From: the human T2T-CHM13v2.0 reference genome, Homo sapiens
Assembly: GCF_009914755.1 (NCBI RefSeq)
Contig: NC_060934.1
DNA: 64,000 bases
Reading direction: 5' to 3' (one strand)
Shown here: in pieces, positions 52,786-64,000 of the stretch
Numbering within the stretch: the first letter of the stretch is position 1
Layout: every line of letters begins with the position of its first letter
Notes under the pieces: generated by a model
Told to the model about the DNA's origin: nothing
The model's input: only the letters and a program-made list of their open reading frames with translations
The model's database searches: none
Position numbers and translations under genes: made by a program

Positions 52786-55700
52786 TACATCCACTAACTT
52801 CTAAAGGTGAGAGAAACACACTGCCCTTGGAATATCGAAGACAGAAAAGCATTGTGACTTAATGTATTAATATCATCTCTGTTTCCTTGGAGCTTATCTG
52901 TTCCTATGTGTATGGGACTGATCTCAGGATGAAAGGTGACATCAAAGTATCAAATATTATTGATAATTATAAAGGTTCATGTAATCCTCTGTGACATGTT
53001 GCTCAGCAGAAAATTGGTTTTAATGCCACAAAATTAGGTTCAATCTACCCATAAGCACGTGAAGTGAGCAATTTTCTGGCATTTCTTGATGTAAGTGTAT
53101 TTTCATAAGTTAACAGATGAGTCAGGATGAGAATGACAGTTTTATTCCATGCAGCATTTTGTCTGTTTCTCTCATTGCCTTCCTTGGCCCTCCATTTTGT
53201 AAAATTCTACTGCTTAAAAAGCATTCAGATTTTTTTAACTCATTCTAGTCCATGAAAGTTCAACATTTGACATCAGACAGCTTGACAGATTTACCGCGGT
53301 AGTTACAAAAAAAAAAAAACTATTCACCAGTCTCTAAGTGTGCCATGACATTTTTGACTGCTATACCTTTGCCCATTCATTTCCATCTGCCTAATGCGTG
53401 CTTCATCCTGATATTTCAAGGTTCGGCTCAGCTCAAACAGGACACTACGATAATATGGACCTCTTTGGTCAGAATTCATAGTTCCCTGTAGTATACTCCA
53501 CGGCCTCACTGAAGCCTCCGCCATGTCTATTGTAACATTGCATTGTAGTTAGTTGCTATATCTGTCTCCTCATCTGGAATGTGTGCTCCTTGAAGGCAGG
53601 AAGCTGTCCTAGTCTTTTTTTTCATCCCCAGCATTTAGACTGATAACCAACACACAGTCACCCCCAATAAATGTATATTGATTGCATGAATAATGAGTGA
53701 TGCTGTTCCTCATTTTCCTCTGACACAATAATTTTACTGAAAGGTTTACATAAAATCCCTTTACTGGATGAACAATGCAAAATATAAGTACCTCATACAA
53801 TTACTGGTATTGCTGTTCTAATAATAGTATCAAATATGTATTATTCCTTTGGGGATTTGACATTTGAATTTTTTTAAACAAAACCCATTATTGTAATAGA
53901 GTGCTCTTTTTCTGGTTCACTTTAATAGTAACATATGACATATTTCATTTCTGGGAAATGATAGCTTGCCTTAGGTCATATTTTAAGGCATAAAGCCAGA
54001 AGCAGAGTAACGTTCCCACCTGAAGTTCTCTAATCATCTAGAAATGTGCCTCTTTCTGGCTGGGAGGCAGGGATTTAGAAGGGCTAGATTATGACTACCC
54101 TGGAGCATTCATTCACAAAGGCAAATTTTTAAAAGGCAAATTGGTCCCAAAGTGTTAAAAATTCTTTTATAAACACACAAGTCCTCTTGCAATCTTTTAG
54201 GAGAAATGAGAAAATAGGAATCGTCTACACCCAGAAAGTTGGTGTAAGGGTCTATATGCTGACACAGATCTCACCTTCTAATGCTGTACTTTGACATTTG
54301 CCCTTTGGCAATACAAGAAGAACCAGTTGCTCTCAGATTTCAGAGCCCTTTTCCAGGCTGACTATATTAAGAAGTGTCTTTTGAACATTATTTGCAAATG
54401 GAAGATTCTTATTGGCAATCTGGGTGCCTGACCCCCAGGAACCTATCTTAGGAAATCTTTCTTCCTCCTTAGTTTTCAAGTAATTTTTATTTCTTATACT
54501 AATAAGCCAGTGAAATGATTTTACTGCCTTTGTGGAAGGATATTGCATTTTGTGAGAGTTGAAGTCATTTGTACTTTGGCCTTATGCCACAAAATGCATT
54601 CAAGGTGTGTAGCCCTGATGAAATAAAGTGCCTGTCATGTCTTATTACCTGAATATATGGCAAAAGATACCCCATCTTCGGGGGACTTGCAAGGGTTTTC
54701 TCGTGATTGCCAAAGGTGTTGGATTAAAAGCCCTGTACATTTCAGTCTTCTTCATCCAGGAAGGATGGGGAACGCCTGCACGGAGAAAACATCTTTTCTC
54801 TCCACCACTCTCCTAATAAGCCCTAAACCCTGTTCCAATGGGATTGTTCCTTCATAAGGGCAAGAGGGAAGCTTAATCCCCAGCTTTGTCCAGTAATTAG
54901 CCTCTCTCTCTCTGGAGGCAGCAAACACAGATGCCAATCCGGATGAGCTTTGGGACGTGGAATGAAAACAAGACTGAAAACACTGACTCACTTCTTCAGA
55001 AGCCTTTTAGCAGCCTCCAAGACAGCAACAACCTCTGATTTCCATTGATGCACGTTTGGTCTAAGTGGTGGGATGGGGCCTCTCCCACCGCTGATAAAGC
55101 AAGAGAAGAAGCAGAGATCACCAAAGACGTGGGGATAAGTGACCCCTAGGCCCCTCTGCAACAATGAAGGCTCTGTAACACAGCACTGTTCTTGTCATGC
55201 CACTTACCCCGGCATCTTTCAAGAAATGCCATGGAAATGCACTGTTTACCGAAACCAAAACCTCTGGAAGCGCTATAGTATGAGCCCACTAACACAATTA
55301 ACTTGCAGTTAATGACGATGCCCCCGCCAGAACTAATTAAGCCAGTGGTGCTTGTAGCACAAAAGATTGGGGCCTGTTTTAAAGCATCAATTGTGACATC
55401 ATTTAGAAGTCATTTCAAACTCCTCCAAACTCCAAAACTATTCCTCTGAAAACAAATGCAGTATAATGTTCTTAGAGTTGTTGGTTTTATTTTCTGCTGT
55501 CAAAAATCTGACAAAAGTCAGTTGAAACTGTCAAGGAAAAACATCACACCATATGAGATTTTCCTCAAATTTGAAGTCTATAGAAGGAATGACAAATCTG
55601 TTTTATAGATTTTTCTAGCACAAAAGCAAATTAGGAAAGTCTAGGAGACACACTATCACAATACATACATGAGGTTGCGCTTGACGCAGTTCGTAAATTT

Positions 55701-56234
55701 GAGGCCATGACAAAGAATTAAAATTAGATCAATTTGGTTTTGATCTGAATTATCTGTTCAGCTTAAAGTACAGAAGGATCAATGGGATGGATGTTTTTGT
55801 GCGTATTTTTTCTACACACAACTCACATTAAGAGACAAGGAGAATTTCTTCTGCTCACATCCCTAGAGGATCTCTTTGTAAAGGCCCCTCTGGCCTTCAT
55901 TTTTTTTTTTTTTTTTTTTGGTCTGAACTATCAGTAAAGACTCCACCTCTGCTGGGTAATATTTCGTTGATTGTTTGATTTATGGACTGATTGCTTTGGT
56001 TGACTGTTTTCTTGTATCTGTCCAGTGTCTAATACTGTGATGTGCACTGCAAGGAATTTAGGTAAATTATCTTCCCTATGCTCAAGTACTTCCTTCTCCA
56101 TGGTAGAGACCCCTAGTTACTCTCTCGATTTCTTCTTTCATCCTTCTGTAGTAGCGCCTTTCAAATTGCAGGCATCCCCCATTTGTTGGTCACAAACAAC
56201 ATTTATTTTATAAACTATAAAAATATTAAATGTT

Positions 56235-56492
56235 GGCCAAGCATGATGGCCCATGCCTGTAATCCCAGCATTTTGGGAGGTCAAGGTGGGCAGATCACTT
56301 GAGGCCAGGAGTTTGAGACCAGCCTGTCCGACATGATGAAACCCCGTCTCTACTAAAAATACAAAAATTAACAGGGCATGGTGGCAGGCACCTGTAATCC
56401 CAGCTACTCAAAAGGCTGAGGCACGAGAATCACTTGAACCCAGGAAGTAGAGGTTGCAATGAGCCAAGATGGTGCCACTGCACTCCAGCCTG
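56235..56492 (+). mobile_element. Alu, 3' end replaced by an AT-rich tract
   Basis: Alu body stops after cactccagcctg; TSD ataaaaatattaaatg resumes at ~56558. Confidence 0.92.
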
Positions 56493-56739
56493 CGATAAAG
56501 ATATTATAAATATATCTTTATTTATAAAGCTATAATTAATAAATAAATTAATTAATAATAAAAATATTAAATGCATCACTCAAAGTAGTGGTAAGTATTG
56601 TTTTATAAAAGTTTTCTATGTGTTCATGGTGCCTGTATTGAGTCATTAGGTAAAATATATTTATTATTATGAATCATGGTTTTAAAATTTTGAAAGCTAC
56701 TGCATTTTTTAATGGTACTCTGATTTTTTATTTAAACAT

Positions 56740-57095
56740 TTGCCACTCAATATTAAGGCTACATTTCCCATCCTCCACTGCAGCCAGTTATGGTCATGTG
56801 GCCAGATCTGATGAATCAGATGTGGCAGAAAGGATGTGAAGAAGCTCTGAGCAGGTGCCCTCCCTCTACATGTTCCCACCATCCTGCGTCCTTGTGCTGC
56901 GCCGGACCAGGCATGCAAGAACAACACACCAAGGATGGCGGAGCAACAAGATAGAAGAGGCCTGAGTCCCAGGATGACTGCCTGGAGCACAGCTGTCTGC
57001 CTGCTCAGGGCCTTGTGTCACATACTATAATGTGAGAGACAAATAAACTTGTCATATTTAAGCCAGTATTATATTGGGTCTTCGATACATGCAAA
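56740..57095 (+). mobile_element. Old MLT1 (MLT1H-K-like) LTR
   Basis: acatttcccatcctcc..ggtcatgtggcc..gtgagagacaaataaactt..tttaagcca. Confidence 0.7.
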
Positions 57096-59464
57096 CAGTC
57101 TTTGTAGAACTCATGCACCCAAATTATAATGAAAGAGAAGTAAAGGAAAATAAATTCAAAAAACAATTGTTTATTGAATATCTATCAGGGACCAGCCCTC
57201 TGCTAGGCTGCTATGGGAAATACAGAATAATATTGACTCTGAAGGAAAGTGTAATTTCACTGGGGAGATGAGCTGCATATCTGAAATAATCAAACCATAT
57301 TGTAAAGAAGTGTAGGAATAATTATCAACATGAGTGGAAATAAAAATAACAGTCAGAGGAGATAGGAAGAAAGGTAGAAAATGAAATGGAGTCATGCCAT
57401 TGAGAGAAGGGGAAAAGAGAGAGTAATAGAGTAGGAGGAACATTCCTGAGAGCTAAACAAAATTGAAGGCCTCCAAAATAGAAGGGGTACATCACTTTAT
57501 CCCAGGTCTCCCCTTTCCAGCCCTAAACAGTACTCAACCGAGGTGATCAGCAGGAGTCCATGCTATGGCAAAGCTGCAATCTATAGGCGTGCTCTTCACC
57601 TAGACATGGACTCATGCTCACTTGTCAAAAACCCTGTCACCACCACGACAGACCAAAGTCCCAAGCCTCCTTCGTCAGAATCTTATGCAGAAGAGGATGC
57701 TCTCTCTGTGGGAAGTCACTCTGGATTTGGTGAGAATGGCTTCCTCATGGGGTCATACTCGTCTGCCCAGACACACCTCTGCTTGAGGATGCACTGGTCT
57801 TTGCCCTTTTCTACAAGACTTTGGTGAGGCTTCTCATATTTCTCTAAATAATTTGAGCTGCTAATGATGTGGATATTCTGGAATTCAGTTTTCTGCATAC
57901 CAGCTAAAAGCCATTTGACACGTGGGCCACCCTCCTTGGAAGATGCATGACTCGGAGATGCCTTGCTGGCAAGGCTCAGGTATGTTAAAAGGAAAAGTGT
58001 TATTTCAGCAGACTTGCCACAGAGGTATGTGTTAATTAAGTTAATTGTGCCATCAGTGATCCAGACGATGACAGTAACTGCTCCCCATAATGGGGCTGGG
58101 TTATTGCCATCATTTATTAAATGTGCTGGTTTTCTTAAATGCAGTTTTCCCTTATTCTTTAAGCATGCACACACCCCCACACCCACCCACCCACCCATAC
58201 ACACACACAGACGACGTATAGTTTATCAACCACTTTCATATGAATCCAGTTACATTATTGATCTTTATACCTACTCTGTGATGAAGGACAGGTTACTTTC
58301 TTCATTGAGCAGATGAGGAAACTGAAGCCCAGAGTTGTCTACTTACTTGCCCAAGGCCACCCAGCTTCTTAGTCAAGGAGCCAAATTCCAAGTCCAGGGT
58401 CCCTTTCTGTGTACCACACTGTATGTCCAGGAGTCTCAATATCCTGAAAAGCAAAAGCCAAGTTTGTATATTCCATATCCCCTAGCTAGCACATTGGATT
58501 AATAAATGTTAAATAAATAATAATTTATCTTTGGAAAAATTATTGGTGAATTCTCTTAATTGCTGTCTTCATGAAAGTCTAAGGTAGGAACCTTTTACGT
58601 ATGGTTTGATCAAAACCAAACATGATCTATATAAATAGAAATCTGGATAATTTAGAGAGTTATCACAGACCCTTTCCCTCCTGCCTCTCCAAAATATTGG
58701 TAGATATTTGACTTAACCTGAGTTATTCTTACTGTAATTACAGTGAAGACTAAGACATAATTTAGTATGTCAAATCAATTACAGCCTTTCAGTGGACTTA
58801 ACTAAGACTTCTGTTGAGTGGTTCCGGTTCCACAGTGAATGTCCGTTGAGGGGCTGACCCAATGATTGTCCTACCAAAATGACTCCCTACCTTGCAGACT
58901 GAGGGTCTATCTTTAAAGCGTTGGTATAATTAGTGTCACCTGCCAAAACATAATCATCCTTGGGACGATTAATGCAGAAGCATTTTTGGTTATTAGAACT
59001 TTAGCATGAACGAGCTTCTAGCCTCTTTGTTGGAAGGAGAAAGGGCTACAGCACCATCATACATGATGCTCTAGAGTGGATGAGCTCTGAGCTCCCTGAA
59101 AGAGACTCATTTCTGGAAACTGGTGGTCAGGCTTGGGTTGGTGTGCAAGAGCCACGTCTCACAGCACCCGAATGCTTCAAGTAGCACTTCTAATAAAGGT
59201 ACATTGAACACTCACTTCCACTTCATGCCAAAGTATATTCTAGAAGCAGAGATAGAAAGGTTTCTTTGCCAAATAATTGAAATGCCATTGTGTATCATCT
59301 TTTACAAGCCTTCTAGAAGAATCACCTTAAACTGTTGAACAGAAGAAATCTGAATTGATTGAGTGCATCCACTGAGCCTAAGCAGGAGAAAGTGTCAGAG
59401 AAGCTGTTTTGTGCCTGAACTGGCTATTTCTTGTTAGTGTAAACACTGAGGAGCACAATTAGAA

Positions 59465-59796
59465 TTTTGGCACATGCCAGGCACAGGGTGACTCTGTGAC
59501 CAGCCACCAGTAGAAAGCCTGGACACTGAATCCCTAATGAGTGTCCTCGGTAGATAACATTTTACATGTTGTCAAAACTCCTTGCTGGGGGAATTAAGCA
59601 CGCTCTGTGCGACTCGTCTTGGAAGCGTGCGCCTGGTTTCCCCTGGACCTTGCTCCATGAGCCCTTTCCTCTGCGGAGCTTGCTTTGCTCCTTTCCCTGT
59701 AATAAATCATAGCCATCAATACAACTATACACCAACTCCTGTGAGTCCTCCCAGAGAATCATCAGATCTCAGGGTGGTCTTGGGACACACAATGCA
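59465..59796 (+). mobile_element. MER21-like ERVL LTR fragment
   Basis: tgctgggggaattaagcac...taataaatcatagcc...gtgagtcctcccag..aatcatc..gggtggtcttggg. Confidence 0.75.
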
Positions 59797-59871
59797 GAAA
59801 TATTCTTAATATAGTTCATAAAATAAACAGACAGCGGTGTACGATTGTAAAGGATTATGTTGGACTGACCA

Positions 59872-60055
59872 GGGTGTAGCTGGCTTTATACCCGTGAGAT
59901 CTGTGCAGTCACACAGCATCCCACGCTTAGAAGGTCCCTGAGCTTGGTTTCATGCCCTGCTGTCACCATTTTGAAATCCTTAATAAGCTATGAACAAAGG
60001 GTCCTGCATTTTCACTTTGCACTGGGTCCTGCAAATTATAAAACTGATGCCCAGT
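59872..60055. mobile_element. MER53-like hAT MITE
   Basis: ctgtgcagtcacacag...cattttcactttgcactgggtcctgcaaattat. Confidence 0.75.
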
Positions 60056-60480
60056 CATGGTGATACTTAGAGATAAAAGAGTGGAACGTCTTACTGCCTC
60101 AGATGCTAACACTGTCTTTGCTGGGAATTCTTCACTCACCTTTCCACAGGGCCTAAAATCTACCCATTATAGATTCGCTTTGTGGAGGAGAATGTCCCAG
60201 GAAGGTTAAATGGCTGTCACTTATTCACAACTTAGGGTGAACCTGTTTACTCATTCCCTCCCTGCATATTCTAGTCCTTAACCCTTAGCTGAGTTCAGAA
60301 TCCTGGGTCAGTACTTCCCAAAGTCTGTTCTTTAGAATAATAATCCTTGTGAGATGCAAGTGGGGAGGGGATGTTGTTGTCAAGTAGGCTTGGGATGCTC
60401 TGTCCCGTCTTGGAGATTTAGGGCACATGAGCTTAGTACACACTCTGAAAAGTCTTGCACTGAAATAAGGTGTTGAACTT

Positions 60481-60710
60481 TGTATTCGTTTCCCAGGGCT
60501 GCCATAGCAAAGTGCCATAAACTAGGTGGTTTAAACAACAGAAATTTACTGTTCCAGTTCTGGAGGCCAGTGTTGGCAGGGTTGGTTTCTCCTGAGGGCT
60601 GTGAGGGAGAATCTGTTCCATGCCTCTCTCCTGGCGGATTGCTGGCAATCTTTGGTGTTCTTGGTTTGTAGATGATTGCTCTGATCTGTGCCTTCATGTT
60701 TACCTGGGCT

Positions 60711-60768
<58 letters not shown>

Positions 60769-60942
60769 GGTGTCCCACTTTTCCTTTTTATAAGAACACC
60801 AGTGGCATTGGACCTGGGCCCACCCTAATTACCTCATTTTAACTTGATGACCTCTGTAAAGACTCATTTCTGAATAAGGTCACATTCTGAGCTACTGGGG
60901 GTTAAGATTTCAACATATACATTAGGGGTGACACAATTCAAC
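60481..60942 (-). mobile_element. MLT1B/C-like LTR containing a (TG)n tract (60715-60767)
   Basis: gggctgccatagcaaagtgccataaactaggtggtttaaacaacagaaattta ... acaattcaac. Confidence 0.85.
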
Positions 60943-61452
60943 TTTATTATATTTTCCCAACACATTTGACTATGGGGGGTTGGCCTAACTACCATTAATA
61001 TCTCATGCAACCAATGTTTCACAGCATAGAACCAGACATCCTCCATCAGATGAAGCGAGGAAAGTCCATGTGGCTGGGGGGGCTGCAGTACAGGGTTGGG
61101 GAGGTGGGGAAAGGTGGAGAGAGGAGGGGTGGGAGGTAGGCCACTGAGGTTGGTTTGGGCCAGAAACTACTCCAGATTCTGTACTCCGGGCAAAGCAGAT
61201 TCATCAGAGGTTCACACAGGACTTCTCAGGAATTTCTAAGAGGGAAGTGGCATTATGAAATGAGGCACACAGCTTGGAGATTGGAGAGGTGAGAGACTGG
61301 AGGCAGGAAGACTGAGAGGCCATTTCAACATCTGGCGGAGGGAAGAAAAGGAAGCCTGAGCCAAAGTAATGGCCATGGCGAGGAAGGAGGGCTCAGCCTG
61401 AAAGGTAGAAAATGCAAAAGATGCGCACGCACATTCATAGCCACATATTAGC

Positions 61453-61502
61453 TTAGCTTGGTGCACAATTAACTGAGGTTAATTACTTTTGCACCAACCT
61501 AA
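61453..61502. mobile_element. Internally deleted MADE1 with both TIRs
   Basis: ttagcttggtgcacaatta ... taattacttttgcaccaacctaa. Confidence 0.75.
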
Positions 61503-61779
61503 GATATGCATCTATGCATAGATATGTATATATAATAAAGATCTATCTCTATATCCCCATATAATTAAAAGAATCTCAGAGGAGGAGACTGCTTTGCCTT
61601 GCTGGTGATTTGGGGATGTACATTAACATAGTACAGACTCTGTGTTTGGGTGAAATGCTCACGGAGGGCTAGTCTGGAGGTGTGTCAGGCTAGGAAGATC
61701 CTGTTTTGTCCCTGTTAGTGGCCTTGAGTGTGCTATGAATTCTAAGAGGCAGATGGGCAAACAGGGTCTTGCATGGTCT

Positions 61780-62140
61780 TCCCCAGCCTCATCCTGCACC
61801 CCTCCGTGCTCACTTTCTTAAGCTCCAGCCCTATAGACCTTCTTTGTGTTCCACCCCAGAGCTTTGCACCTGCTGTTCCCTTGGTCTCGCTTTTGACATG
61901 GTCCCCGTTTTGCTTGGGTGAGGATTGCTGCATGCAAGATGCTTCCTTTGGAAAGCCTTCTCTATTATCCTGGCATTCTCTCATCAGATGTGCAAACCCT
62001 TGTTCAATCTCTTTCTTCTCTGCTGGACTCAATGTGCCATGAAGGCAGGGAGCATGTCTACCATGTTCTTGTTGTATCCCCAGAACCTAGCACAGCCTGG
62101 GACAGATAGGCATTTGTATCTGTTGAATGAATGAATGATT
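61780..62140 (+). mobile_element. L2 3' end
   Basis: ctttgcacctgctgttcc...gaaggcaggga...tgttgaatgaatgaatga. Confidence 0.75.
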
Positions 62141-62255
62141 TACTATATAAAAAGGACTTGAAAGAATGTAATAAAGGAAATGATAAAAATAGATGAGGGG
62201 CTAGATAACATGATACATTTAGAAGTGAGTTTAGAACCCACCCTTACTGAAATGA

Positions 62256-62581
<326 letters not shown>

Positions 62582-63540
62582 ATGATTTTTTAATTTAAAG
62601 ACAAAGTCAGATTTTAAGAGATTCATATTAACTTAATCTTATCCAAAGAAACTTCTTTCTTAGAGAAAAATGGCGGGATAACCAAGATTTATTTTAAAAG
62701 CTTTGTAGACATCAAATCACTTTCATTAAAAAAAAAAAACTTTAGATATTTGCGTAGAAATGGTCAGAAACATGTGGATTGCATTTCCCTTGAACTCTCT
62801 TGGGTTTGCAAATTGGAAAAAAGGGTTTGGAATAAAATCCCTTTTCTATTTTCCTGAAGTCAGTATACTTGGGAAACGGTGATGTTTGAGATATTCAAGA
62901 AACTGAAAATACGGGCGGGTACTTGTTTAAGTAACGTTATTTCCAATCCTACACCAAAGTGGCTGATAAGAAACCGGAAGTGGGCATTTAGCAGCTGAAA
63001 AGAACCAATTCAACAACAACATAATTTTTTTTTTTTTTGGTGTAGCTTTGACACAAGAGAAATCTCCCTCCCTCTGCCTCTCCCCTTGACCACAATCAAT
63101 ACTTTTAAGAGATGAAGGCGCGAGGAGGAAAGAGTTTATTCAGTCCTTTGTATGCGACTGAGCTGTGAAAACAGGATGAAGATTTTGCTAAATCTGTCCA
63201 TTAAGTTCCTCTAAGTGCTTTCAAAACATATCCTAGAGCAGAATGCAGGGCACAAGAAAGAGAAACTGGGAATTAAAGCGAAATTATTACTTTTAAATGT
63301 CTTGACAGTGGAAATGTCAGAAAAAATAGCAGGCGTGGCAAGCAGATACAACTTCAGATGCTCCACTTAAACCTTCTGTTGAGCATCCCAAAAAGCTGAA
63401 ACATTGTTCTGGTTTTTAAGTGGTCAAATTATATAATTTTTATGGAGCGAGAATTTATTTTGCTAGTTATCATATTAGTATCAATGAACAGTTTTACCCT
63501 AGATGTGCTAGATAAATATTGGGCTAAACTATATCAACCT

Positions 63541-63749
63541 AGCTGGGCGTGGTGGCTTATGCCTTTAATTCTAGCACTTTGGGAGGCCAAGGCACATTTG
63601 AGGTCAGGAGTTCAAGACCAGCCTGGCTAACATGGTGAAACCCCGTCTCTACTAAAAATACAAAAATAGGCCAGTTGTGGTGGCAGGTGCCTCTAATCCC
63701 AGTTACTCGGGAGGCTGAGGCAGGAGAATCCCTTGAGCCTGGGAGGTGG
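63541..63749 (+). mobile_element. 3'-truncated Alu
   Basis: Alu consensus stops at cctgggaggtgga; no poly(A). Confidence 0.9.
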
Positions 63750-64000
63750 AATATATATACCAACCTAAATGCTTAGTATGATTACCAGGCATGTCAATAA
63801 TTTCCCCCATGAGTAGAAATTTACTTTCTAATTTAGATTTTTAGAACACTTTGAACATAAAATCAAGAAGCTTAATTTTATATGGAAAAGAACTTTTAAT
63901 GAAAAGGAGAAAAAAGGTGAAATAGAATAATTTTTGACCAAGAATATCAGTAATTTTGCATATGAATTTTTAAAATGTTTAGATTATGTTAATCTAGTAA

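Overview
Human (primate) genomic DNA containing the 5' end of GFRA1 (GDNF family receptor alpha-1, chr10q25) on the minus strand. A ~4 kb CpG island (~46.5-50.7 kb) holds alternative non-coding first exons, the ATG exon (47972-48257) and coding exon 2 (46804-47097). Coding exon 3 is at 45485-45568. Positions 1-45484 are the start of the long following intron, and 50.7-64 kb is upstream intergenic DNA. Most of the remainder is Alu, MIR, L1, L2, MaLR/ERVL LTR and hAT/Tigger/MADE1 relics. No prokaryotic-type systems (CRISPR, operons) and no tRNA or rRNA genes were seen. Most notable observations: (1) an intronic alternative ATG exon at 31615-31684, in phase with downstream GFRA1, predicting a receptor lacking the signal peptide and domain 1, with a perfect DR5 retinoic-acid element and a near-consensus ERE close by; (2) a dense E-box cluster partly built by a local duplication; (3) candidate poison micro/cryptic exons; (4) an in-frame uORF plus a putative RNA G-quadruplex in the 5'UTR; (5) a possible decayed alternative signal-peptide exon; (6) a strong divergent U1 site; (7) a tightly spaced inverted Alu pair. 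Repeat subfamily names and boundaries are by-eye assignments and approximate.
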